The position numbers were made by a program, and so were the translations under genes. A DNA stretch of 56,317 nt, filler included, from Candidatus Desantisbacteria bacterium CG1_02_49_89 (lineage in GTDB: Bacteria > Desantisbacteria > UBA1551), in the NCBI GenBank assembly GCA_001871075.1. It is 4 parts of 4 records of this genome, joined end to end, with 100 filler letters (N's around TTAATTAATTAA, not from the genome) between each part and the next. Parts side by side here need not be neighbours in the genome. Positions count along the whole stretch, not along the records: positions 31,013 to 46,810 come from MNUP01000109.1; positions 46,911 to 56,317 come from MNUP01000031.1; 2 more parts are not named here. The stretch is one strand, 5' to 3'. Positions 37,774 to 46,911 of this stretch are shown here, one piece after another. Each line of letters begins with the position of its first letter. Within the stretch, counting starts at the first letter, position 1. Under the pieces are notes generated by a model. The model ran no database searches and was not told the origin of the DNA. It was given only the letters and a program-made list of their open reading frames with translations.

Positions 37774-38496
37774 TTAATTGTCAGCCGGAATAGTGTCCGG
37801 GTAATAAAGAATGCGCGCGCAGTTCTCGCATCTGTTTATCTGGTCGTTCTTTTTTACCTCATTGGCAAGTTTAGGGGGCACAGCCATATGGCAGCCGCCG
37901 CATATGCCGTCCCTCATGGCTGCGACAGCGCAGTCTCCCTTGCTTTTCGCGATCCTTCTGTATTCCGTAAGCAGGGAGGCATCAACGCCTTTAAGTGCTT
38001 CTTCTTTCTTTACCGCCAGAGACTCAAGCTTCTTGCTTGCTTCGGAGAATATCTTCTCTGATTCAGCCAGCTTGCCGACCGCGTCCTTTGATTCCTGGCT
38101 TATCTCTTTCTCCTTGGTATTAACACCTTTGGATGACGTGTCTATCCTTTCCATTATTGCCAGCAGCTCTTCTTCATACGATGCTTTTTTCTTTTTGGCT
38201 TCTTTTATTTCCTCATCGATCGCGGCAAGCTCCTTCTGGTTGGTTATCTTGTAGATCTTTTCCCTGCACTTCGCCATCTGGGCGTTGACGTCTTCCAGCT
38301 GCCTTTCCTTGCTTCTCAGATCTTTTTCGGTTGATGCAAGTAAATTCTTTTCTTCGGCAAACGTGTTTTCTTTTGCGCTCAGGTTTCCCCTGATGCCGTT
38401 TACGGCATCGGTTGTCTCCTTGATGATAATTTCTTCTTTTCTTATCTCGGTATCTATTTTCTGCAGATTTACAAGCGACAACAATGACTGGTTCAT
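37774..38496 (-). CDS. Coiled-coil C4-type zinc ribbon protein (DUF164 family)
   Basis: LQKID, long coiled coil, CGGCHM...CENCARILY; usual neighbour of rnhA/rnpB. Confidence 0.9.
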   Translation of the reverse strand: MNQSLLSLVNLQKIDTEIRKEEIIIKETTDAVNGIRGNLSAKENTFAEEKNLLASTEKDLRSKERQLEDVNAQMAKCREKIYKITNQKELAAIDEEIKEAKKKKASYEEELLAIMERIDTSSKGVNTKEKEISQESKDAVGKLAESEKIFSEASKKLESLAVKKEEALKGVDASLLTEYRRIAKSKGDCAVAAMRDGICGGCHMAVPPKLANEVKKNDQINRCENCARILYYPDTIPADN

Positions 38497-38637
38497 TTTA
38501 ACACTCGCTTTCTTTGATCCTGGATTATCTCAAAGGGATCCCTTTGAGAATGGAGCAATAGAACAATAGACCACAATTTCGCCCGCCAATATTTGCGGCG
38601 GGCTCAATTGTTCTGATTTTTCGCTTTGCGAAAAATC

Positions 38638-38709
38638 TGGGTGGAACAGGATTTGAACCTGTGATCCCCGCCGTGTAAGGGCGATGCTCTGCCGCTGAGC
38701 TATCCACCC
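38638..38709 (-). tRNA. tRNA-Val (TAC)
   Basis: GGGTGGA acceptor stem, TAGCTCAG, anticodon loop CTTACAC, GGTTCAAATCC; CCA not encoded. Confidence 0.96.
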
Positions 38710-38733
38710 AATAATAATCTATTTTCTATTGCT

Positions 38734-39066
38734 CTATTTTCTGTCTTTCTTCTTTTTTACGTCCTGTGTCTTTGTATCGGGCGCGACGAATTTAACCCTG
38801 AGCTCTCCCTTTTTAACCCAGCCCAGTTTCCTCGCTATCTCTTCAATGGCTGCGGGATCTTTTTCAAGCCTTTCTATTTCAACACGCAGTTTTTCGTTCT
38901 CTTCACGCAGCCTGCTTAAATCCTTTTCCAGCAGGGCAAGGCTTTTCTTCAGCTTTGCAACCCTCATGTATCCCGGAAGGAGCACTATACAGCATGCGGC
39001 GCAGAAAACAACGGCGATTTTCCAGAACACGCCTGTTTTTCCCGAAGGTTCATTCTTTTTTATCAT
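38734..39066 (-). CDS. ftsB: Septum formation initiator FtsB/DivIC family
   Basis: Single TM helix, coiled coil, DP..IEEIARKLGWVK.GE. Confidence 0.88.
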   Translation of the reverse strand: MIKKNEPSGKTGVFWKIAVVFCAACCIVLLPGYMRVAKLKKSLALLEKDLSRLREENEKLRVEIERLEKDPAAIEEIARKLGWVKKGELRVKFVAPDTKTQDVKKKKDRK

Positions 39067-40584
39067 TTATCTTCTTGAAGCGAGCCTGTTAAGCGCGTTT
39101 AAGTATGCAAGAGCGCTTGCCTCTATTATGTCCGTGCTGATGCCCCTGCCGCTCATGATCCTGCCTTTTCGGTCCGCGATCTTAACGCTAACCTCTCCCA
39201 GCGCGTCCTTGCCCCTTGTAACCGCCTTGAGCGAATAATCAACAAGCCCGGCGGAAATTTTAGTGATCCTGTCGATCGCCTTGTATGCGGCGTCAACCGG
39301 GCCGTCCCCGCAGGAAGCCTCCTGGACAGTCGCTCCCTTTGTCTTTATCCTCACAGTCGCGGTGGGAACAGTGTTATTACCCGTTGTTACCTGGATGTAT
39401 TCAAGACGGAACGCCTGGGGCGATTCCTTTACATGCTCTTCGATAAGCGCTTCCACATCTTCGTCAAACACCTCTTTTTTCTTGTCAGCAAGGTTCTTGA
39501 AACTGGTAAAAGCCTTTTCGAACTCTGCGCCCCTGACAGCGCACCCGAGTTCCCGCAGTTTCTTCATAAACGCGTGCCTGCCCGAATGTTTTCCAAGCAC
39601 TATGCGGCCTGATTTCAAGCCTATGGTCCTGGGAGACATGATCTCGAACGTGCTGCTTTTTTTAAGCACACCGTCCTGGTGGATCCCGGACTCATGCGCG
39701 AAGGCATTTGCCCCCACAATGGCCTTGTTGGGCTGGACAGGGATACCGGTAAGAGCGCTGACAAGCCTGCTTGTGCGGTATATCTCCTCCGTCTTCACAC
39801 CCACTGTCTTACCGAAGAAATCTTTTCTGGTCTTGACCGCCATTACCACTTCTTCAAGAGAAGTATTGCCTGCCCGTTCTCCTATGCCGTTCACGGAACA
39901 TTCTATCTGCCCGGCGCCGGCCTTTACCGCGGCAAGCGAATTCGCAACTGCCAGGCCAAGGTCATTATGGCAGTGGACGCTTATTACCGCCCTTGCTGCG
40001 CCGGGAATATTCGCTTTTATATCGCTGATGAGCGCGGCGAACTCATCGGGGGTCGTATAGCCTACGGTATCCGGTATGTTGACAACATTAGCCCCGGCTT
40101 TTATAGCGCCTTCCACCACCCTGAAAAGAAAATCTCTTTTGCTGCGGGTAGCGTCCATTGGCGAGAATTCCACGTCATCCGTGAACCTGCGGCAGTATTT
40201 CACAGCCCAAACAGCCCTGCTGAAAACTTCGTTTTCCGTCATGCGGAGCTGGTATTTCATGTGGATCGGTGATGTCCCTACGAACACGTGGATCCTGGGG
40301 CGCCCTGCTTTTTTAAGCGCAAGCGCTGCCTGGTCTATGTCTTTCTGCATCACGCGCGCAAGCCCTGTTATGACCACGCCTTTTATCTTTCCGGCTATGA
40401 GCCTGACAGATTCGAACTGCTCCGGGGAAGAAACGGGAAAACCTGCCTCGATAACGTCAACCCTGAGCCTTGCAAGCGCAGCGGCTATTTCAAGCTTCTC
40501 GTTTATATTAAGGCTTGCTCCGGGAGACTGCTCCCCGTCCCTTAAGGTGGTGTCGAAAATAATTATCCTGTCTTTGCTTTTCAC
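39067..40584 (-). CDS. leuA: 2-isopropylmalate synthase
   Basis: FDTTLRDGEQ, PDTVGY, HCHNDLG, GERAGN, AHESGIHQDG, regulatory domain GDGPVDA. Confidence 0.97.
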   Translation of the reverse strand: MKSKDRIIIFDTTLRDGEQSPGASLNINEKLEIAAALARLRVDVIEAGFPVSSPEQFESVRLIAGKIKGVVITGLARVMQKDIDQAALALKKAGRPRIHVFVGTSPIHMKYQLRMTENEVFSRAVWAVKYCRRFTDDVEFSPMDATRSKRDFLFRVVEGAIKAGANVVNIPDTVGYTTPDEFAALISDIKANIPGAARAVISVHCHNDLGLAVANSLAAVKAGAGQIECSVNGIGERAGNTSLEEVVMAVKTRKDFFGKTVGVKTEEIYRTSRLVSALTGIPVQPNKAIVGANAFAHESGIHQDGVLKKSSTFEIMSPRTIGLKSGRIVLGKHSGRHAFMKKLRELGCAVRGAEFEKAFTSFKNLADKKKEVFDEDVEALIEEHVKESPQAFRLEYIQVTTGNNTVPTATVRIKTKGATVQEASCGDGPVDAAYKAIDRITKISAGLVDYSLKAVTRGKDALGEVSVKIADRKGRIMSGRGISTDIIEASALAYLNALNRLASRR

Positions 40585-40594
40585 TCTTCACTCC

Positions 40595-41599
40595 TCACTT
40601 TTCTCTGTCTTTTTGCATCCACGGCATCATGGACCTGAGTTTCCTGCCCACGATCTCAACCGGGTGGTTCTCGTCCTTCCTGACAAGGGCGTTGAAAACC
40701 GGACGCCCTGCCCTGTTTTCCAGTATCCACTCTCGCGCGAACTCGCCGTTCTGGACCTCTTTCAGGATGCGCCTCATCTCGTTCTTTGTTTCATCCGTGA
40801 TAACCCTGGGTCCCCTGGTCAGGTCCCCGTATTCGGCAGTATCGCTTACCCTTTCCCTCATTCCCATGATGCCCGATTCCTGTATCATATCGGTTATGAG
40901 TTTCAGCTCGTGCAGGCACTCAAAATACGCCATTTCAGGCGCGTAACCGGCTTCCACAAGCACCTCAAAACCGGCCTTTATAAGGGCGCTTGCCCCGCCG
41001 CACAGAACAGCCTGCTCGCCGAAAAGATCCGTTTCGGTCTCTTCCTTGAAAGTGGTTTCAATAACCCCGGCCCTTGTCCCGCCGATCGCCCTCGCGTAGG
41101 CAAGGCCTGTCTGCCTGGCTTTACCCGTCGAATCCTGGTAAACCGCAAGAAGGCAGGGAACGCCTTTGCCTGCCTCGTACATCTGCCTGACCAGGCTTCC
41201 CGGGCCCTTCGGGGCCACCATGATCACGTCGATATCCGTCGGGGGTACTATCTGGTTGTAGTGTATGTTGAAACCGTGAGAAAAAAGTATCGTCTTGCCC
41301 TTTTTCAGCCCCGGCTTGATCTCTTCGCCGTAAACTTTCGGCTGGACAACGTCTTCCGTCAGGACTGAAATAAGGTCGGCTCCGCCGGATGCTTCAGCCG
41401 CGGAAAGCGGCTTGAACCCGTCTTTTTCCGCCTGTTTCCAGTTCGCGGTGCCTTTCAGGTCGCAGACCGTCACGCTCATGCCGCTGTCCCTCAGGCACAT
41501 CGCCTGGGCGCGGCCCTGGATCCCGTATCCGACGATCGCGATCTTCTTTCCTTTCAGAAACTTCAGATCAGCGTCTTTATCGTAGTAGATCTTTACCAT
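40595..41599 (-). CDS. ilvC: Ketol-acid reductoisomerase
   Basis: [43 protein letters not shown]. Confidence 0.97.
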   Translation of the reverse strand: MVKIYYDKDADLKFLKGKKIAIVGYGIQGRAQAMCLRDSGMSVTVCDLKGTANWKQAEKDGFKPLSAAEASGGADLISVLTEDVVQPKVYGEEIKPGLKKGKTILFSHGFNIHYNQIVPPTDIDVIMVAPKGPGSLVRQMYEAGKGVPCLLAVYQDSTGKARQTGLAYARAIGGTRAGVIETTFKEETETDLFGEQAVLCGGASALIKAGFEVLVEAGYAPEMAYFECLHELKLITDMIQESGIMGMRERVSDTAEYGDLTRGPRVITDETKNEMRRILKEVQNGEFAREWILENRAGRPVFNALVRKDENHPVEIVGRKLRSMMPWMQKDREK

Positions 41600-41617
41600 G
41601 TTCCCCTCCCTGTGCAG

Positions 41618-41700
41618 AGATTACGGTGATTTTCAACTAATGATTACGGTGATATTAAAATAATCACTGCAATCATCTTCTAGAAATCACTGTAATCAGT
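41618..41700. repeat. GATTACGGT nonamer inverted pair
   Basis: Family also at 19902-19960, 28368-28403, 31013-31072, 31835-31873, 34094-34133. Confidence 0.8.
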
Positions 41701-41702
41701 TT

Positions 41703-43010
41703 TTACTGGGGGTCGACTATCGAAAGCATTATCTCGGCTTCGGCGGCAAGTTTTCCGCCCACAAAAGCCTGCCCTTTCATGACCCCTATCCTTGCCCTCA
41801 TCCTCAGCACTTCCACTTCAAGGCGCAGCTGGTCTCCGGGCACAACAGGCCTCCGCAGCCTTATTTTATCCATCCCGGTGAAATATATCAATTTTCCAAG
41901 GTTTTCGCCTTTCCTGAGCATTAATATCCCGGCTGCCTGCGCCATACCCTCAAGCATAAGCACTCCGGGCATAACAGGCTGGCCCGGGAAATGGCCCTGG
42001 AAATACCACTCGTTTATTGAAACGTTCTTTATCGCGACTATGCGCTTGTCTTCGACCCACTCAAGGACCCTGTCTATCATCAGGAACGGGTACCGGTGGG
42101 GGAGGATATGCGAGATGGCATCTATGCTCAGGCCTTCCTTGTCCGGTTCAACGCGGGCGCTTACAAGAAGCCCTCCTCTTTTTGCCTCCTCCATTTTCTG
42201 CAGTATTTTCTTCGCGAGCTTTGAATCGAGCGTATGCCCGCCCTTTGCCACTATGATATGCCCCACAAGGGGCTGGCCGAGAAGGTTCAGATCGCCTATC
42301 AGGTCCAGTATCTTGTGAAAAACGAACTCTTTTTCGCTCCGCAGCTGCACGAGGAATTTGTCATCCTCGATGGGAACGACGTTCTTGGCGCTGGCGCCCT
42401 TTATAAGGCCTTTCTTCTTCATGTCGTTCACGTCCTTCATGAAACCGAAAGTCCTTGCAGGCGCTATATCCCTTATAAATGTTTCCTCGTCAACCACCAC
42501 GGACGCGAACTGCGCGCCCAGCATCTTATGCCCGTAATCGATCGTATAGCTTATCCGCAATTCTTCCCCTGGAAGGAAAACAAGATGCCTGTCGCCTTCC
42601 ACCACCCACGCGGCATCCTGGAAAGACAGGTATTCCCTTTCCTTTGCCTGTTCAACTATCCCGGCATCCGTTATGAGCTTTACGAAAGGAAGGGCGCTTC
42701 CGTCAAGTATCGGGACCTCCGGGCCGTCCACCTCAACAAGCAGGTTGTCTATCCTCATGCCCGCAAGGGCTCCCAGGATATGCTCGACCGTGGTGATGGT
42801 TATGCCGCCTTCGGCAAGCGTCAGGGCGTACTGCGCGTCCGAAAGGTTTGAAATGTGGGCCCCTATACGGGGGTTTCCCGGAAGGTCAGACCTTGAAAAG
42901 ATTATGCCGCTGTCTTCAGGCAGCGGGAGTATGCGCATGGAAATTTCCTCTCCGGTGTGAAGCCCCAGGCCCTTGATACCCATCTCATTTTTTATTGTTC
43001 TCTGCATCAT
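41703..43010 (-). CDS. lpxC-fabZ: Bifunctional LpxC / FabZ
   Basis: QRTI, GLHTG, TVEH, PILDGS, ARTFGF, HKILDLIGDL; then LPHRYPFLMIDR, GHFPGQPVMPGVL. Confidence 0.95.
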   Translation of the reverse strand: MMQRTIKNEMGIKGLGLHTGEEISMRILPLPEDSGIIFSRSDLPGNPRIGAHISNLSDAQYALTLAEGGITITTVEHILGALAGMRIDNLLVEVDGPEVPILDGSALPFVKLITDAGIVEQAKEREYLSFQDAAWVVEGDRHLVFLPGEELRISYTIDYGHKMLGAQFASVVVDEETFIRDIAPARTFGFMKDVNDMKKKGLIKGASAKNVVPIEDDKFLVQLRSEKEFVFHKILDLIGDLNLLGQPLVGHIIVAKGGHTLDSKLAKKILQKMEEAKRGGLLVSARVEPDKEGLSIDAISHILPHRYPFLMIDRVLEWVEDKRIVAIKNVSINEWYFQGHFPGQPVMPGVLMLEGMAQAAGILMLRKGENLGKLIYFTGMDKIRLRRPVVPGDQLRLEVEVLRMRARIGVMKGQAFVGGKLAAEAEIMLSIVDPQ

Positions 43011-43036
43011 CTTCGTCTCCAAAAATATCGCCTATT

Positions 43037-43996
43037 TTAAAACTTCGCTGCCACCGATACCCTGTGGGTATATCCTAAATCTCCGTAAGGCACCATCGCA
43101 TAATCAATGTCTATTATGCCTATTTTGAAACCGACGCCGCAGGTTAAACCGGACAAAGCTCCCAGCGTGTTGTTTATCGCGTTGTTATACTTATATCCTG
43201 CCCTTATGGCAAGCACAGGATGGACCCAGTATTCAATACCTGCTCCTATCGCCCAAATGCTATCCAGGATGCTATAGTTAAGGTCAGCCGCGAGCGTCAA
43301 CTTACTGTCAGCAGACTTGTTGGCAATGCCTATCCTCAGGTTCATAGGCAGGATGTTCGCCTCTGTGATGAACGGGGCTTCATAACCCATATTCTGCAGG
43401 GCAAGACCCGCAACCAAACCTTCCTTATTTAACTTGTATTGCAGGCCAAGGTCTGCGACTATACCAAGCGCGGACTTGTCATCCAGCTGCTGGTTGATGA
43501 TCTTGGCTGTTCCGCCAAGGTTCAGGCGCTCTGAGAGCGCCCTGGCGTAGGATATGGCTATTGCAAGGTCGTTTGCGGGCACCGTAGTCCCAAGCAGGCC
43601 TCCGGCAATATCTCTCCTCTCAATATCCGTGATATACAGGTAGGTTATGCCTGCCCCTATCGTACCGCCAAAAGCCTGCTGGCAATAAGCAAGGTACTCG
43701 TACCTGATAGCCTGAAACCACTCTGTATGGGTGAATATTACCTGCTTCCCTTCTGCAAGGGACAGGCCTGATGGGTTCCAGTACAGGGCATTGATATCAT
43801 CTGCTGCAGCAACAAAAGCTTCGCCCATTGCAACCGGTCTTGAACCAACTCCGAGCTTTAAGAAGGTTGCGCCTGTAGTTCCTGGCCCGGCGGAAAAACA
43901 GTTGAAAGTTAAAAGTTGAAAGGTGAAAGCAAAAATAACCACGGAGACACAGAGGCACGGAGAAAGTTTTATTTTTTGAACTTGAATCTGTCTCAT
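43037..43996 (-). CDS. PorV/PorQ (UPF0164) family outer-membrane beta-barrel
   Basis: GTTGATFLK..VG.R..AMG.A..A.ADD..A.YWNP.GL, AIRAGY, DYA.VP.GDLG.THR.S...F; start uncertain. Confidence 0.88.
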   Translation of the reverse strand: MRQIQVQKIKLSPCLCVSVVIFAFTFQLLTFNCFSAGPGTTGATFLKLGVGSRPVAMGEAFVAAADDINALYWNPSGLSLAEGKQVIFTHTEWFQAIRYEYLAYCQQAFGGTIGAGITYLYITDIERRDIAGGLLGTTVPANDLAIAISYARALSERLNLGGTAKIINQQLDDKSALGIVADLGLQYKLNKEGLVAGLALQNMGYEAPFITEANILPMNLRIGIANKSADSKLTLAADLNYSILDSIWAIGAGIEYWVHPVLAIRAGYKYNNAINNTLGALSGLTCGVGFKIGIIDIDYAMVPYGDLGYTHRVSVAAKF

Positions 43997-44067
43997 AACT
44001 TTTCCTTCTTGAATTTTATTATTATAAACTGGCAAAACTGGCTCAACAGACCAAACAGACCAAACTG

Positions 44068-46809
44068 TTACCTAATGATCATTATCTTGCCGATCTTCCT
44101 TTCCAAAGTACTATCTGTCAGGAAGTAGATATAAACACCTGAAGCGATAGGCTCATCCCAGTTGTTTACAACGCTCCAGACGAATGGATCTGTGGTTATG
44201 TCTGTTTTTTCAAACACAAGCTCCCCTGCTATGTTATAAATCCTAAGCAGGACGTTTAAGGTGCTGTAGAGTTTAAAACTTATGGCGGTATGACCCTGGG
44301 ACGGCTTGAATGGTATTGGGTAGGCATATGCATCCTTTATAGTCACCGCTGCCTTAGGCAGAGAGAATCCTCTCATTCCTGATGTCTCTCCGGGCATTGC
44401 AGGGCAACTGATCTTCAATATCCTTTCATTTTTCTCGTCCACGATCCAGAGGTTTCCATTGTTGTCAAGGCAGATGCCCGCGGGTTTGTCAAGGGCTGTG
44501 GTGTTCACACCTGCAAATGTCATAAGGAGCTGCCCATACCCGTTGTATTTCTTAACTGCATCATTCTTGCTGTCTGAAACGTATATGTATCCCCTGTTGT
44601 CAGCACAGACCGCTCTTGGATCATCAAAACCTTTTATACTCAAGGTCGGGGTAAGGGCTGATGTGTAGACGCCAACCGTGTCTTTGCCTGTGTTAGCAAT
44701 ATAAATACTAATTTGCCCTGAACCTGAACCCTGTGAATGGTTAAGGGCAAACACACCTTCCGGATCCTTAAGGCCCGAAATTGTAGAAAGCAGATTCCCT
44801 TCATAATCAAATATGGCTATCCTGTCCTTTTTCTCATCTGCCACATAGACTGCCTTTGTGCAGGAATAAGATGCGTCTGAATAGGAATAGAACAGGCCTA
44901 TAGATATCTGTTCGGGTCTCTTTATGTCGTGTCTTTCACCGAATGAGAACAGGAAATTGCCGAACAGATTAAATGCCTGTATCCTGTCATTGTCCCTGTC
45001 AGCTACGAATACCATTGGTCTTGTGTCTGCTGACCACTCACCACTGACCACTGTTGTTACAGCTATTCCTGAAGGTTTCTTTAACTTGTGGTATTCCTCG
45101 CTCCTGCCGTTGAACGAGAGCAGGAAGTTGCCGTTCAGGTCAAACTTCTGCACCCTGTCGTTCTTGTTATCCGTGATAAAGATACAGCCTGAATTGTCAG
45201 AGCCAGTCTGGGTAGGGCTGAATGCTATGCCGTAAGGCTCTTTAAATTCTGCATCGTCATTTCCTCTTTTACCGAATACAAGATTGACCTCGGGGTTGCC
45301 TAGATAAATTGCAACGCTGTCATAAGAGGTGTTATACAATTTATCGTCCGAAACAATACTTATAAGATACCAGCCGTCTGCAAACCTGCTCCTGTTCAAC
45401 ACTGCAAGGGTCTGCGTGCCTTCCTCAATTATATCCTGGGAAATCAGTGTTTCTGCAAATGGAGTTTCCCCTATCGCCAGTATGCTTATCCTGTAATTCA
45501 GGAAATTGGCATCCCCGATCACGCCAATTATTGAAGCCGTGTCGCTGTTGATTACGCTGCTGATACCAATGGCGCCTTTTGCCGGGTAGATAAGCCGGAT
45601 GTCCGGAGGATTGTTGTCAAGCACGACCATGATTGAATTTGAATCCTCAACATTGCCTGCATTGTCGACTGCGCGATAATAAATAGTATAAATCCCGTCG
45701 GAATAAGAAGAAAGAATTGTAAACTTGTAATTTTCAGCTACATGCCATTGTGTTTCGCCGTTTATCAGCCACTCCACATGATGAACACCCGAAGCGACTA
45801 CGTTGTTTGTTTCGCTATCTTTTACCATGAAATAGAAAGGAGTTGAAGAAGTAACGATATAAGGCAAGGTATCTGTTTCTCTGTATTTTGGATTTCCAAT
45901 GCTTATTGCGGTCCCGAAAGGCGAGGCATTGTCAGCCAGAAGCGTAGTAATCTTTACTGCCGCATCGCCGAATCTGTTGGCGGCTGTTAACCTGAGGGTA
46001 TAAGAACCGTTAAGCCCTGATGTGTTCCAGACAGCAAGAGTTTCGCTGTCGATTTCATACGAAATAGCGTTGCCAATCATAGTCCATTCATCACCAAGAT
46101 AAGGTAAATATTCCAGTTTGTAATTACTGAAGAATTGTCCCTTGGCGATTCCTATAATATTTACATTGCCGCTGACAAAACTGCCCTGGGCTGGCCGGAT
46201 GATCTCTGCCATAGGCATTCCTATACCGGCAACGTCCCTTGGAACAAGCAGGGAGTACAAAGACAAATGCGTTATGGGAACTCTGATACAGTTGTTTACG
46301 GTATCTAATACCTGCCCGGGCACTATTTCCCACTTATCCTCTGATTCATCGTACTTATAGATCTTCAGTTCACTCTCAAAACCAGCCACTGCCTGTTTAT
46401 TGTAATATATCGTAAGCATCGCGGCAGGTTCAAACACTGCCCCGGGAGGCCCGATATCGTAAATTGAACTTGCCGATATTAGGTCTTGGCTCTTTAAAGC
46501 AAAGGACGCGGTGGAAACCTTCGGATTTGCCGATGAAAAAGGAATGATTTTTATGCTTGCGTTGCCCGGATTGTAAATCCCCGCGCCTTCTGTATTAACG
46601 CTTATGTTCTTAAGCACTGTCACCTGCCCGTATTTGGGCACCGAGGGACTGTAAGCAACATAATTATAAGGATAAGCTATTAACTTATACGTATAAATGC
46701 CCTCTTCCACTTCTTTTCCCGTATTGTCCTTTCCGTCCCAGACATAAGTCTGGTCAATGCCCCAGGAAACAAACCAGCACACAGTATTTTTAACCAGGGC
46801 GCCCATTTC
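44068..46809 (-). CDS. Large secreted protein: FlgD-type Ig, Ig-like domains, NHL propeller, T9SS-like C-terminal domain (5' truncated)
   Basis: WDGKD..G..V..G.YTY, NHL repeats (P.GIA...FI.D..N.RVQKF), AYP.PF...IYNIAGELV...W..N....IASGVYIY...K...IR. Confidence 0.88.
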   Translation of the reverse strand, partial: EMGALVKNTVCWFVSWGIDQTYVWDGKDNTGKEVEEGIYTYKLIAYPYNYVAYSPSVPKYGQVTVLKNISVNTEGAGIYNPGNASIKIIPFSSANPKVSTASFALKSQDLISASSIYDIGPPGAVFEPAAMLTIYYNKQAVAGFESELKIYKYDESEDKWEIVPGQVLDTVNNCIRVPITHLSLYSLLVPRDVAGIGMPMAEIIRPAQGSFVSGNVNIIGIAKGQFFSNYKLEYLPYLGDEWTMIGNAISYEIDSETLAVWNTSGLNGSYTLRLTAANRFGDAAVKITTLLADNASPFGTAISIGNPKYRETDTLPYIVTSSTPFYFMVKDSETNNVVASGVHHVEWLINGETQWHVAENYKFTILSSYSDGIYTIYYRAVDNAGNVEDSNSIMVVLDNNPPDIRLIYPAKGAIGISSVINSDTASIIGVIGDANFLNYRISILAIGETPFAETLISQDIIEEGTQTLAVLNRSRFADGWYLISIVSDDKLYNTSYDSVAIYLGNPEVNLVFGKRGNDDAEFKEPYGIAFSPTQTGSDNSGCIFITDNKNDRVQKFDLNGNFLLSFNGRSEEYHKLKKPSGIAVTTVVSGEWSADTRPMVFVADRDNDRIQAFNLFGNFLFSFGERHDIKRPEQISIGLFYSYSDASYSCTKAVYVADEKKDRIAIFDYEGNLLSTISGLKDPEGVFALNHSQGSGSGQISIYIANTGKDTVGVYTSALTPTLSIKGFDDPRAVCADNRGYIYVSDSKNDAVKKYNGYGQLLMTFAGVNTTALDKPAGICLDNNGNLWIVDEKNERILKISCPAMPGETSGMRGFSLPKAAVTIKDAYAYPIPFKPSQGHTAISFKLYSTLNVLLRIYNIAGELVFEKTDITTDPFVWSVVNNWDEPIASGVYIYFLTDSTLERKIGKIMIIR

Positions 46810-46810
46810 A

Positions 46811-46910
46811 NNNNNNNNNNNNNNNNNNNNNNNNNNNNNNNNNNNNNNNNNNNNTTAATTAATTAANNNNNNNNNNNNNNNNNNNNNNNNNNNNNNNNNN
46901 NNNNNNNNNN
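46811..46910. other. Artificial contig spacer
   Basis: N-run with TTAATTAATTAA. Confidence 0.98.
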
Positions 46911-46911
46911 G

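Noticed and set aside
39263-42318. Long plus-strand ORFs (265, 430, 179 aa), and similarly 1671-2630 on the minus strand
   Set aside because: Antisense shadows of leuA, ilvC, lpxC-fabZ and galT
14913-46910. Three identical TTAATTAATTAA motifs inside N runs
   Set aside because: Artificial linkers with stops in all frames; adjacency across them (e.g. iscU with IS630, or the divergent giant genes) has no biological meaning
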